64,000 bases of DNA, from contig AP024664.1 of the NCBI GenBank assembly GCA_024346625.1, positions 1,550,001 to 1,614,000 of the forward strand, read 5' to 3'. The notes under the pieces are model-generated. The model did not search any database. It was not told the DNA's origin and saw nothing but the letters and a program-made list of their open reading frames with translations. Both the position numbers and the translations under genes were made by a program. Every line of letters begins with the position of its first letter. Within the stretch, counting starts at the first letter, position 1. Source of the stretch: Williopsis jadinii. Its lineage: Eukaryota. Shown here piece after piece: positions 33,701 through 45,921 of the stretch.

Positions 33701-36700
33701 AGTGACGTACATCAATTGGTCCACCTCTGCACACGTAGGTAGTAGTGAACAGTCTACCTGTGGTGAGTCGACATGACACCGCTATTCGCCTGATACCTTG
33801 CATATGTACCACTATGTACAGCAGGCAGTTTCTGACGTCTACACTACAGTTTGAAACAATTAGCTGCAAATATACGAACTAGTACATTTGATTTGCTGTT
33901 TCCTGCTTGAATAGTTGGAGCTTCAAGTAGTGGGATTTGTGATTGAACAGATGCGCTGAGACAAAAGATCAGAAAAGAATATATGGTGTTATGTTATGAA
34001 AATGTCTCAGTGAAATAACTCCACCAAATGCAATCAGTGACCAACTTTGCTCAAAGTGGGATTAACTTCTTCTGATATGGGCGGGACGAAGGAAACATCC
34101 AGAACCCGTAACCGCACTGTTTGATACAGGGTGTGTGTTTATGTAACAGATACAGTAATAACTCACTTTACCTTATAGCACACGGCTACTCAGTACATGA
34201 TAAAAATTTTATCGTTTCCTATTAATTTGTTCAGCCCCGTTTATACCCTAACATCCGTTGTAATCAATTTATCATCGGGTTGTTTGTTGTATTGCTTGAC
34301 AAAAAAAAATTTTTCCGCTGCTGCAAAAGTGTCTGTGTTTTCGAGAGGTTTTTTCGGTGGCTTTTTGCGTTTTCGATACATCGTACTATTACTACTGATG
34401 TACGGTGGAAATGCTCTACAAAGACTTCAATCTGTTACGTCATTACAATTACAGGTTCTGGGAGTGGTATATACAACAAATTAGCCGAGCAAGTATTCGT
34501 ATAACGATAACACACGACGCGCTCGACTGGTTTTCTTTAAAAGTACTATAGCCAGTAAGGGCATTTTAGAAAGACAACTGTTTACTCAAAGCAGCTTAAT
34601 ATTCACCATGTTATTTAGGTCATTAATTTCTGATTTTTAGCAGCCAGTATCAATGAGGTTAGAAGATAAAACGAGGAAAACTGTCAGATGAAAGCCTTAC
34701 CTTAAGGTGTGTACTTTAAAGTCACCTGCGGTGGTCCTGTGCTTCCTGTATTCACTTTATCTCAGTGTGTATGAACTCACTAGAAATCTTAAAATGTGTT
34801 TCTTCTTTGAGATAGAAATCACGGTCGAGTATACAGCTACATTAAACTTGTATTGTGAATTGATCTTTCGAAAATGATACTCTTCTACTCTATCAGATGG
34901 TCATCAAGTATAAAACATAGTCCATCTTCATTTTTTCTTCCAGCCTCTGAAAGTAGTTTTAAGTCAATGAACTCATCTAAATACCATAGGTTATTGTGTG
35001 TAATTAAAAGAAATTGAAGTCTTTGTTGAAGATGTGTGCTTGATTCCTAAAAAGTATCCAGTTCAAAGGGCTTGGTGTTCAAGTTCGACACTCAACAACT
35101 TTGAACAATACAGACATTATTAATCATAATGGGGCGGAAAGAGCCTCTTCCAACTACTATAGACAATACAATGACTCAGATCATTAATAGTAAGGCTGAT
35201 TCTTGGGTCCTGTAGGATAATATAGATCACAATTGTTGCTTGATGTGCCACTCCCAGCAAGTATCAATTTTCCAGGAGCTTGCAAAGGATACAAACCACC
35301 TGAGCAATGTTCTAGCGTCTGTGAAGTAAAACTAGCCATTAGGGTCATTGGGGATGCATGAAAAGTTACTTTCAAGATGCCTTCTCTCAAAGGTTTACGA
35401 AGGTACGATAATGTAACTTCAGGCGAGTCAAGACTTAGAACCTATGAAAAGAAAACCTAAATGTTATTAAGTATAGTTGAAGATAATATATTTTATGAGT
35501 ACTTGTAGTTCATGGAACAGCTAAGCTACAACGAATACCTTTACTCCTCTGATCAAAATATTGTTTCAGTCACCGAGCTATTAAACGCTGAATAGATGAT
35601 GTTTACTATCCGAAAACCCCATTTATCTTGTCTCTGTTGTTGTCTTCAAAGTGACTAAAGCATGTCATAAAACAATTTTGGGTACATTTGTCATAGTATC
35701 GTTCCTCAGATGAATCTTATTCCTTAAATTCAACCTTCAGTGGGGAAATTAAAAGCGCTTTGAAGTCGTATCAAACTACTAAGACTTTTAACTAGCTTAT
35801 GGGCATGAACAATCCCGTTCTACAGCGAAATAGTATACTGAGACGTTGTTCAATAAATATAACTGTGCCTTTCGCTGTTGACAGTGTAATTTTGAGTTAA
35901 TTAATGTTGAAGGGATCACAAGTTTTTGGCCTCTTGAAAAGGCCTATGTATAAATGGTAAAGGGAAACTCTTCATGTCGACACATGAAGGCTCTCTTGGT
36001 GATTATAATACCACAGCCATACATGTTCGCAACTCGACTGCCTAAGTTTTAACTGAGGACCTAAAAATAAAAAGAAATAAGTACTCAAGGACATTGGTTA
36101 ACATGACGTTGTGAGATTCAAGATTGTGTGTATTCGACCCTGTGACCCCCAGGCTTAGAGTTTTCCATGATTTTAACTCGTTACGATTGGTACATTGACC
36201 AGGAGGACCCTGAGACTATGTGGTTGAAATTCTTCAAATGTACCCACACTATACATCTCTATTGGTAGTGGCCAAGTGCATAATTGGGCTGGAGAGACTT
36301 ATTTGTCCACCTGTAGTTGAATTTGTTCAATACATCCTGCAGAGAAATGCACAGTCTGTGGACCAAATTCAAATTCAAAGTTTTTAAGGTCCAAGGATTC
36401 TGCACGCCTCAGAGTATGCAGCCGGTCTCACAGTTAAGACCGACTACAATTTTCAAGCCAATTAGTAAAAAAAAATCACGAACTGTGTAGGCTGGTTAAC
36501 TAGATCTAACTAACTACAACTGGCTCTTGTAATATAGATCTTGCCTTCAGCCATTGAGCTTAATCATGAGTTATGGTCATATAGATAGTTTACATAAAAA
36601 CATATACAAGCTCATCTACGATATCAACATAACGGGAAATCTAAGGCTATATCCTACGATTTGTTGACACATGATGGTCTATGCACGCTGTCTTTATATC

Positions 36701-37992
36701 AATTGTTAGTTATAGGTAGCTGTTAATCGATGACGCTCGAATAATCAACCTTACTAAAAGCTAATTGACCATATCCAAATTGTTTACTAGAATAGGGTTT
36801 GTTCATTGGGGTTATCATGATTAAAACGCAAAGCAAGGTTAATCTGTAGAGTCGATTACGTATAACATTGGATCAGTATATAACCATGAAAAGGCTGTTA
36901 CTCACCGCTCTCGCAGTTACACAGCATGTATATTGCCCGAACTCTTCCTTGATTCTCAAGATGAATAACTGAAATATGCTTCTACTGCATCATGACTTTT
37001 GACACTAACGATTTAACCCATTGAGTAATGATTTCATTTGACATTCTTGAGTATATCATTGAAGAAACGAACCAATGATTTTATGCGTAATAAATCTGTT
37101 CAGAGCACGGGCCCTATGATGTCTGAGCTTTTAGTCCCATTGGATCTCTCCCTAAATATCAATGTGGGGATGGGTCACAGCTGTATCTTTACTTTCATGA
37201 ACATCGTCCAATGAAGGACCCCAACCAGCATTCAAACTAACTCAAGCATTGAGGTATGTAGCACCAAATGAAGCATTTCCACTTCCACGTGCTCAAGCAC
37301 TCTAGGCCGTGTAGGGCGGATAATGAGCATTAGAGCTCAGATTAACTACAACAATCTTGGTCTGTGATGGAGCACCTATCACATAAGCAATGTCCATGTC
37401 GTGTCTGAACAAAAGCGGACCATGACGCACGCGTTGACAACGTCCAACAGCATTAAAAAGTTGTCGACATATTGACGTTTGCTGCTTGCTTCAAGTTAAT
37501 CATCGACATGATCAGGCATCGGGAAAATGGGAACAATCCACGCTTGCTGTTTTAGATTGATCAACAGCACAACCATAGCATCCTACCATTGTGGTCACCC
37601 TAACCGCATGGAGTTCGTGCATGTGTACGTTCAACTCGATTCTCTATTTATTTGATACAACCAAACACGATTCATAAACTCGTTCAGATCAGGGATGATG
37701 GTCCCCATCCAATTTCTACTTGCTTCACCCGCGCTTTCCGGTTTTGTATAACATTTCGAAATCGTCAGCTGGGAAAAAGTCGAAATGTGCTGAGTGGTAA
37801 ATCTGTTCGGCGCAACATTGATGAAATCTTGAGGTTTCTCCAGAAACCTGAGGGGCAACCCTACCCCACACAAAAAAGTCGAAGTGCGTGAGCAAAGATA
37901 ATCTCTCAAAGCTTAACACGGGACATTACACGTTGTAGGATTGGTCAAAAATGTGTGATCATCTACCTGTTGGATTTGAAGGCATGTGCATC

Positions 37993-38001
37993 ATGACTCA
38001 T
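37993..38001. promoter_or_regulatory. Gcn4/AP-1-type site ATGACTCAT upstream of YAT1
   Basis: Perfect 9-mer ~670 bp upstream of the YAT1 ATG. Confidence 0.3.
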
Positions 38002-38663
38002 GAGAGAAAAATACTCTTATTTCAAGCTGGCCAGCCGTTGAAGTAGAGAAAAGGATTCCGATGCTTTGTGACTTGTCACGTTCAAAAAGTATCTCCTGGC
38101 GGAAGCCTTAACCCGTTAGCCTACCTTATCTACTTTGAAGTTTGGGCCAAACAGTAAAAAAACAGGGATAAGATCAACATGTGCAATGTGGTCATGGATT
38201 TCCCTATCGTAGTCAACAAGCCGGATATGTTTCTTTTCTTTTTTCATGCCACATGCGTACACTGTCGAGCACCATTCGACTAGCATACTTGGTAGAATTC
38301 TCCTTACATCCATGGTGTATAACTGTAGCGACGGCGTCCTTTTCACCCACACTGTCCTATCTGGTGAGATGCGGGATGCCAAATCCAATCGGTGCTGCAG
38401 TCTGTCAGTCACACAGTGCGGGAACCGACTGCCCCATTCACCCATGCGCAAATGTTTTGTGCGTGAAATCAAAAGTGGCACATACTAAAGTCATTATGCA
38501 AAAAAAAATTGTGATCACGAAGCGGGAGGCTGCAACGTTGCGGTGTTGTATCGATGAGTACTGTGGGACAAGCTTATAAATACAAGAGGCTATGAACATA
38601 AATTTTCTCAAAGGAGCTCGAATGGTAAGAAGTAGCACCATAAAACACCTCAATCGTGTGAAA

Positions 38664-40784
38664 ATGTCTACATTTCAATACCAGAAGGACTTGAAGAAGC
38701 TCCCGATTCCCGATCTCAAACTCACCTGCGAAAACTACCTCAGAGCTCTGAAGCCGCTACAAACAGAGGATGAGCACAAGGAGACTGTTGCCGCCACACA
38801 GGAATTCCTCAACGGTGTTGGTCCTGACTTGGATCAACAGTTGAGGGAATACGCAGAGACAAGACCATCCTATATCGAACAGTTCTGGTACGATTCGTAC
38901 TTGAACTACGATTCCCCTGTTGTCCTCAACTTGAACCCGTTCTTTCTCTTGGAGGACGACCCTACGCCTGTCAACAACACCCAAACCAAACGTGCGGCCT
39001 CTCTAACAACGTCATCCTTGGAATTCATCAGGGCGCTTAGAAGAGAAGAGTTGCCGCCAGACATGATCAGAAACACACCACTCTGTATGGATCAGTACAA
39101 TAAGCTCTTTGGGTCTGCAAGAATTCCAACCGGAACAGGCTGTGTTATGCAAACTGACCCATCTTCCCACCACGTTGTGGTTCTCTCAAGATCTCAGTTC
39201 TACTGGTTTGATGTCTTGGACAAGGAGAACAACCTTATTCTTACTGATGATGAGTTGGCCTTCAACTTTGACAGTATTCTCAAGGATGCATCCAAGTCAA
39301 CTCCTTCGGAGATTGCAAGATCATCCTTTGGTGTCCTCACTACAGAGAATAGAAAGGTGTGGGCCAACTTGAGAAGTCACTTGATGAACGACCCAATCAA
39401 CTACAAGATCCTCAGAATCATTGATTCTGCTTTGTTTATTGTCGTTCTTGACGACATTGAGCTTGACTCCCTAGCTGACTTGTCCAAGAACATGCTTTGT
39501 GGGTTAAGTATTTTGGACAAGGGTGCACAAGTTGGTACCTGTACGAACAGATGGTACGATAAGCTTCAGCTTATTGTTACCAAAAACGCTAAAGCTGGTA
39601 TAAACTTTGAGCACACCGGTGTTGATGGTCACACCGTCTTGAGATTCTGTTCGGACATCTATACCGACACCATTCTCAAATTTGCAAAGGCAATTAACCC
39701 AAATTCTCCATCAATATGGAAGTCTAAATCGCCATCTCTCCTGAAGACGGATAAGATTGATACAAATGTTGTTACAATTCCCCGTAAGCTTGAATGGAAC
39801 TTGACCTCAGAGCTTTCCTTGTCTCTTAGATTTGGAGAAACCAGGCTCTCTGATCTCATTTCTCAAAACGAATTTGCTGTTCTTGAGTTCAACACGTACG
39901 GTTCAGACTTGATCAAGAAATTCAAGTGCTCTCCAGATGCTTTTGCTCAAATGTCTTTCCAAGCTGCTTACTACGCATTGTACGGTAAAGTTGAGTGTAC
40001 ATATGAGCCTGCAATGACAAAACAGTTCCTCCATGGCCGTACTGAAGCTATCAGAACTGTATCCATGGAGTCCAACCTCTTTGTTCGTCGTTTCTTCGAA
40101 GATGTTCCAGGTGCTGAAAAGCTTGAGCTGTTACGTGCTGCATGTGCTCGCCACACTGAAACAACAAAGATGTGTTCTCAGGGTTTGGGACAGGACCGTC
40201 ACTTGTATGCTTTGTTCTGTATCTGGAGAAGATACCTCGCTGAGCAAGATAACTTGGAAGACCACCACAGTGACTCAACCATTGGAAATAACATCGAGAA
40301 CGATTCCAAGATTACTAAGGAGATTCCTTCTATCTTCGCTGATTCTGGTTGGGACAAGTTGAACAACTCTGTGATTTCCACTTCAAACTGTGGTAACCCA
40401 TCTCTTCGTGTCTTTGGATTTGGACCAACAGCTTCCAACGGTTTTGGTATTGCATACATCATTAAGGGGGGCTCTCTCAATATTTGTGTTTCAAGTAAGC
40501 ACCGTCAAACTCAAAGATTTGTTGATACTTTGCGTAATTACTTGGAGGAGGTCAAGCATATCTACGAGGATGAACTCAACCAAAAGGAGCAGATGAAGGC
40601 AAGAGGAAGATTGCAGCACACAAGATCTGGTAACTTGAATTATTTGCTCGGTGGGTATGGCTACTTTGACCTCGAAGATGATGAGATTAAGAGCAGAGGC
40701 ACTAGTCCAGAGAGAGTAGGATTTAGAAGAGCTGGTATTTCTGCAAGACAGTTAAGCGAGAAGCTCAGACTAGCAGAGTATTAG
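38664..40784 (+). CDS. YAT1: Carnitine acetyltransferase (in-frame upstream ATGs at 38592 and 38622)
   Basis: LKKLPIPDL, SYIEQFWYDSYL, LNPFFLLEDDP, GTCTNRWYDK, catalytic EHTGVDG, STSNCGNP. Confidence 0.9.
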   Translation: MSTFQYQKDLKKLPIPDLKLTCENYLRALKPLQTEDEHKETVAATQEFLNGVGPDLDQQLREYAETRPSYIEQFWYDSYLNYDSPVVLNLNPFFLLEDDPTPVNNTQTKRAASLTTSSLEFIRALRREELPPDMIRNTPLCMDQYNKLFGSARIPTGTGCVMQTDPSSHHVVVLSRSQFYWFDVLDKENNLILTDDELAFNFDSILKDASKSTPSEIARSSFGVLTTENRKVWANLRSHLMNDPINYKILRIIDSALFIVVLDDIELDSLADLSKNMLCGLSILDKGAQVGTCTNRWYDKLQLIVTKNAKAGINFEHTGVDGHTVLRFCSDIYTDTILKFAKAINPNSPSIWKSKSPSLLKTDKIDTNVVTIPRKLEWNLTSELSLSLRFGETRLSDLISQNEFAVLEFNTYGSDLIKKFKCSPDAFAQMSFQAAYYALYGKVECTYEPAMTKQFLHGRTEAIRTVSMESNLFVRRFFEDVPGAEKLELLRAACARHTETTKMCSQGLGQDRHLYALFCIWRRYLAEQDNLEDHHSDSTIGNNIENDSKITKEIPSIFADSGWDKLNNSVISTSNCGNPSLRVFGFGPTASNGFGIAYIIKGGSLNICVSSKHRQTQRFVDTLRNYLEEVKHIYEDELNQKEQMKARGRLQHTRSGNLNYLLGGYGYFDLEDDEIKSRGTSPERVGFRRAGISARQLSEKLRLAEY

Positions 40785-41058
40785 AAGTATATTTAACGCA
40801 TTCATACTGGCTGTGAATAGTATTTATTTTATGGGATCAATGAATTTTTATGATTAGTTTTGATGATAGTTTGTGTAGTGTGTATTGATGAATATCTCAT
40901 GGTGCTGACTACGTAAAGAGAATTACATATTTCAGTAAACTGGTATTTTCAAAACTATATCTATTATACAAATTGCCATTAAATAAAACTCATTATCCTT
41001 AAAGTCCCAACGTGTCTATATTGTTAATCTTTTCGATTTCTTTCCTTGGTCTGAAGTC

Positions 41059-41745
41059 TTAGAATAGCAAATAGGCACCAATAGCAGCAGCAGCACCAAC
41101 AACCGGGTTCAAAGAACCAGCAGCACCCTCGTATGCGTTGACAGAGTAGGAGGTACCGTTAGAGTTGTAAGTACTGTAGATAGTTGGGGTGACAGTGGTA
41201 TCAGTAGAGGTGAGGATGGACTCAGTTACAGTTGGTGTAGTTGTAATGTCAACGTATGTTGTCTCATCTTCGGAAGAAACAGAAGCTTCTGGGGCAAGGG
41301 TTGTAGTACCAGTAACAACCTCTTCCTCGCCAGTAGTAGTAGAGGTGGTTGTAGTGACAGCAGAAGAGACGGTGCTGGTGACACAGGTCTCTGGGCCACA
41401 GTAGGTGATGGTCTCGATGACAGTAGACTCGTTGGAAACAATCTCGGTGGAGGTAATTTGAGCAGCTTCCTCAGAAGTAGTCTCTGAGGTCTCCTCTGAG
41501 GTCAAAGAAGAGACGGTGGTTGCTGGAGCAACAGTGGTGGTAGCATAGACAACCTCCTCGTCACCAGTGGTAGTAGAGGTAGTTGTAGTGATAGCAGAAG
41601 AGACGGTGCTGGTGACACAGGTCTCTGGGCCACAGTAGGTGATGGTCTCAACGACAGTAGACTCGTTGGAAACGGTCTCGACGGAGGTGATCTCTGTGGT
41701 GGCAGCAGCGGCGACAGAGGCAAGAGCGATGGCTGAGAACTTCAT
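41059..41745 (-). CDS. GPI-anchored cell-wall mannoprotein with two Cys-containing flocculin-type repeats
   Basis: Signal MKFSAIALASVAAA; 2x SNESTV.ETITYCGPETCVTSTVSSA; YEGAAG omega region plus hydrophobic tail. Confidence 0.85.
   Translation of the reverse strand: MKFSAIALASVAAAATTEITSVETVSNESTVVETITYCGPETCVTSTVSSAITTTTSTTTGDEEVVYATTTVAPATTVSSLTSEETSETTSEEAAQITSTEIVSNESTVIETITYCGPETCVTSTVSSAVTTTTSTTTGEEEVVTGTTTLAPEASVSSEDETTYVDITTTPTVTESILTSTDTTVTPTIYSTYNSNGTSYSVNAYEGAAGSLNPVVGAAAAIGAYLLF
41317..41691. repeat. Intragenic ~140-nt direct repeat x2 (~41317-41458 and ~41551-41691)
   Basis: Identical core agcagaagagacggtgctggtgacacaggtctctgggccacagtaggtgatggtctc in both copies. Confidence 0.9.
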
Positions 41746-42099
41746 TGTATGATAATTGTTAAAAGAATGGACGGTTTACTGTAACCAGGTGTTGATGATT
41801 GTAATGAGTAGCTGAGGCGTTTGGGGATTGAAAGAGAGTGCAAAACTCGCTCCTTTTATAATCGCTTCTGAAAGTAACTCAGCTGTTGAAGACTAGTGGA
41901 AAAGAGTATCATTGCATACCGGAAGGTTCGCTCTAGACCCTGCAACGCGGTTGAAATGATGTGAGTTTCTGTCCCTCGTAGCTAAGTACACAGGCTCCAC
42001 TGAACCATCGGTGTTCTGGATTGGTTAGATTGAAACCTTCCAATTGAACTTGGAGTGTTTGGGCCTTGAAGGACAGTGCATATTTGTTTTTGTTTTGAA

Positions 42100-42133
42100 C
42101 ACGAAAACGCGCAACGCAGGACGCAGAACGCGT
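42100..42133. promoter_or_regulatory. SCB (CACGAAA) and MCB (ACGCGT) cluster upstream of the wall-protein gene
   Basis: CACGAAA 42100-42106, an overlapping ACGCG, and ACGCGT 42128-42133. Confidence 0.4.
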
Positions 42134-43516
42134 CGCGACTTACTCCTTCCGGCTTCATCTTGTACGTTCACCGAAAGAGGAGTAAAATGGCGGGATGGGG
42201 AAAGTGAACTATGCGCTCTTCTTTAACACATATTCGAGAAACGATACGGTTCGTAACTTTGCTTTGGGCAGTAATAACTCATAGCAATGTCGTCTAAATA
42301 CCAATGGTGCTGTGATATCTCATGAGCTGCTAATGGAGGAGGTTTGCCTAGCGTTACGAAGCACTTGGTGTGTGTGAACACGGTGCGCCAAAATAAAAGG
42401 TATGTATACCGGGAATACACGTAGTCGATGAGCAGTGCTGAGTGGGACCACTACACAATGCACACATCAAATCTGGGCTTACATAGTTGGTTCCGTAGTT
42501 ACGAGACGTGGCGTAGTGTATGGGCATCTTTACTCTCCCCTGTCTATTGGCTTTTCCACCCAGGATACAGCCCCAATTATTTTTTTGGTTCAGATCTGGA
42601 TGAACTTATTTCCCTTTTCGTGTGTATTTTGGATCAGAAATCATCAAGTACATAATTGCGCGTCAACTCTCATGGGAAAAAATTGGAAGGTACATACTGT
42701 GCATCGTGGAAGGTTCAACGAATCAACCAGTCACCAACACTGATGGTGGTGGAGCTGTCCAGACTCGAATCCTTGAACGATGTGTGTTAGCTGGTAGGCA
42801 TGCAAGCCCATTCCTCCAAGACTAAGTTGCGGTGTAGCAATTCAACAAATCGGACTCCATAATTAGCTGTGTTATTAAAATTGCGATGTTGCATTGGAAA
42901 TTACGACCGTGTTTAGATTAGCATCAATGCATTATCCAGCTTTGAGTAGCATATATCATAGCAGTGTGAGAATGTTGACCATCAGGATTGCGATCCACTT
43001 AGAACCTTGGAGGTGTAAACACTGAACCTGTCGCGTACATGCGTGTTGTGATGATCGAACAAGAAGAGGGGCTTTGTTACTCTGGTGTTGATGGCTTGAT
43101 TGTCGCTAAGCGTGGCGATATAACACATTTCACTTGTAGAAACTACACACAGCATACGCTACAGCGATTCACCATCGCACATTAAAACAGCAGTACGCTT
43201 GCCCACTCGCCAGGTCCGAGGGAATAATAATGCGTTCAAACAGTGGGCTATGAAATGTGCTATGATGAGTTTTGCAAGGCTTGGAAGCAATTGTGATCCT
43301 GGTGGATTATTTTTGGAGTTTGGCCTGGAAACGCGTGATAAGGCCTCGCTATTGGTTATGGGGAGGTATGATATCGGGCCATCTAATTCGAAACTGTTGA
43401 ACCTAGCCAAAGTTCAGGGCTGACGTTCACGTTACAACGAGGATTGCTATTTCCAGTCATTTCTATATACGAGTTACAAGTATCGGAACGGTTATAATTT
43501 TTAGCAGCTGCTTCTA

Positions 43517-43563
43517 GTTGAGACATAACCGTTGAGACACAACCGTTGAGACACAACCGTTGA
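43517..43563. repeat. 14-bp tandem repeat (GTTGAGACAYAACC) x3.3
   Basis: gttgagacataacc gttgagacacaacc gttgagacacaacc gttga. Confidence 0.9.
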
Positions 43564-43761
43564 TGTTTGGCGTTTGTTTTGTCCTTTGGACAATTCCCGA
43601 ACCGCGATGTCTTGGACATGCCATACATAAAGAAAACCATTATTCACACTAAACACAAGGTAAACACATCCATCTTTACACCTGGGCGTTTGGTATGTTG
43701 TTTCCCATGCCAATTGATCGTGGATTATGACTTTCATCAAGCCTGAGAACGTTGTCAAACG

Positions 43762-43788
43762 CAACAACAACAACAACAACAACAACAA
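43762..43788. repeat. (CAA)9 microsatellite
   Basis: Read directly from the sequence. Confidence 0.9.
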
Positions 43789-44245
43789 GTCCGACTCTTC
43801 TCTAGAACTTGGTAGGCACCACACTACACCCAAATATATACAAGGTTTATTGGGACGCAGACCATGGGACAAGAGACAAAAGCGACACTGGACAGTGGGA
43901 CGCTGGGACACACATGAGTACAGTGAGAAGGGACAATCTAGACAAGACACAGCGAGACACGCTCCACACAGATAGGGTACGATATATAAAGTCTTGTTCA
44001 ATCAAGTAGATACGATAAATACACTACTGAACAACATTAATCTTCAATTAACCTATAACGTTGCAATCAGCACAATCCCCTTAAATTTTCGTTGTTGTTA
44101 GTCGTCGATGTGTCCAAAAGAGAAAAAAAAACAGGACAAAAGCCTTTTGCCTGATCAGACAAGGCAACAATTAAAAGTGTAAACACACGAACTTCACGTA
44201 AACAAAGACAAACACGTATAGGTTTTAGCGCTTAAAGATATCAAC

Positions 44246-45724
44246 ATGTCGCCAGATGAGATAACGCTTCTCCAGGAGAAGGTGAAGAGCTTGGAGAACC
44301 AGCTTAAGAGCTATGAGAGTCATATCTATATGCTCCAGGGGGATATTCAGTATTCCCAGAAAGCGTTCCAGTTGGAACAAACACGGACGCAGAGCCAGTT
44401 GACAAACATCGCTTCATTGATTCTGGATATCATGAAAGATAACCGTCAATATGAAGAAGCCAAGGAAGCCAATGTGTTGCAGAAGATTAACAACATCATG
44501 AGCTCCCCAGAAGAATACGTGGCGATGGGGTCAACCGCGTCGGGTGTGGGTCCGTCATCAAGTCTCGCTAATGATACCAATACATTGATCAATGGAACCA
44601 TTGCTGGATTGACAGGAGCGGCACCACACGCACACACGTCCAGCAACACTGCCATCCTCCCGTCGAGCTCTAGGATGACTACCAATGACCATTTGTTGGC
44701 TTCAACCGCGATAAATACCAATCAGATGTTATCGTCTCAAAATGGGACTACACCGCTACAGCAGATGTCACAGAATAACCACCTGGCGGTTGTTCAGCAG
44801 AACTTCCAACAGCTGCAACCTCAGTCTCGTCAGCAGTCCAGAATTCAACTGCAACACCAGCGTCAACAACCTGACCAATTGCAGAATCAGCAATCACAAC
44901 AACAACAGCAACAACAACAACAGCTGCAGCGTCAACCACAACAGTCACAACAACAACAGCAGCAGCAGCAACAACAACAACAACAGCAACAGCAAAGTTC
45001 ACAGCAGCAACAGCAGTCGCAACAGCAGAAGCAGAAGCAGCAACAGAAGCAGCAGAACCAGAGTCAAAACCAACAGGATAATCGAAAACGTCATCATCAT
45101 CATCAGCAGATACAGATCCAACAGTCCCAACAGACATCTCAACAACTTTCACACTCTGCTCAGCAAGAACAGCAGGTTCATCACCATCAATTGGCAAACA
45201 CTCGGTTAGCTGTATCTGGAAGCCCTACCAAGCGCCAGAAGACTAACAGCCCAAGATCGGCTAATACCAATTCGTCTTCTATTTTGGATGACCCTCTCAG
45301 CGGTGTCAACATTGGATCTTCTAGACATGTTCCGATAAGTCTGGGATCCTCTCAAACGACAACAGAAGATCCTTCGCAGAAAAGAGAGCGGAAAGTATAC
45401 GATAAGGAATATGCCTTCATAAAAGCACCAACGTCGGTCGAGGAGATCTGGAACGAGTACGCTATAGGGTTGAATGGACAGCCTTCTATCAAATCTCTGG
45501 AGATTGAGTACCGTACGGGCTGGAGACGTGACCCGGCTACTTCCAAGAAGTTCAACAGAAGAAAGGTGATCTACTATGCGATAGAGAATGGTGCGAACAA
45601 GGGCTATTCTGTCGATGAGTGTATCCGCCTGTTGGAAGATTATAGATTCATTGACAGAGAAAAAAACCTCAAGCAACCGATTGGTTGGCTGTGTCATGGG
45701 AATCTACCACCACAACTCAAATAA
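44246..45724 (+). CDS. MSN1: GCR1_C-domain transcription factor with polyQ
   Basis: FIKAPTSVEEIWNEY..GLNGQPSIK.LE..Y.TGWRRDPA..K.FNRRKV...KQPIGWLCH matches the Msn1 C-terminus; near HRP1/TRM11 as in S. cerevisiae chr XV. Confidence 0.85.
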   Translation: MSPDEITLLQEKVKSLENQLKSYESHIYMLQGDIQYSQKAFQLEQTRTQSQLTNIASLILDIMKDNRQYEEAKEANVLQKINNIMSSPEEYVAMGSTASGVGPSSSLANDTNTLINGTIAGLTGAAPHAHTSSNTAILPSSSRMTTNDHLLASTAINTNQMLSSQNGTTPLQQMSQNNHLAVVQQNFQQLQPQSRQQSRIQLQHQRQQPDQLQNQQSQQQQQQQQQLQRQPQQSQQQQQQQQQQQQQQQQSSQQQQQSQQQKQKQQQKQQNQSQNQQDNRKRHHHHQQIQIQQSQQTSQQLSHSAQQEQQVHHHQLANTRLAVSGSPTKRQKTNSPRSANTNSSSILDDPLSGVNIGSSRHVPISLGSSQTTTEDPSQKRERKVYDKEYAFIKAPTSVEEIWNEYAIGLNGQPSIKSLEIEYRTGWRRDPATSKKFNRRKVIYYAIENGANKGYSVDECIRLLEDYRFIDREKNLKQPIGWLCHGNLPPQLK

Positions 45725-45921
45725 TGATGCTTATATGCCTTTGCCTCTCTCCTCCTTTTCTGTTTCGACAACCTTTCCCCACCTATGTTTTACTATTCAC
45801 GCCATGTACTATCATATTGTTCTATTATCAGCTGGTTCAAGCTCTTTTTAATTCCATTATCTACAATTCAATGTCCTTTAAATCCTTAGCTATCAACTCT
45901 ACATATCATTGAGCATTTGTG

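Noticed and set aside
35004..35110. Possible Ty1/copia RT relic (LKEIEVF...IPKK...W/VFK with a frameshift)
   Set aside because: No following KARLVA or YVDD motif; similarity too weak without a tBLASTn/HMM test.
43517..43563. Short tandem repeat as a CRISPR-like array
   Set aside because: No spacers, and the context is eukaryotic.
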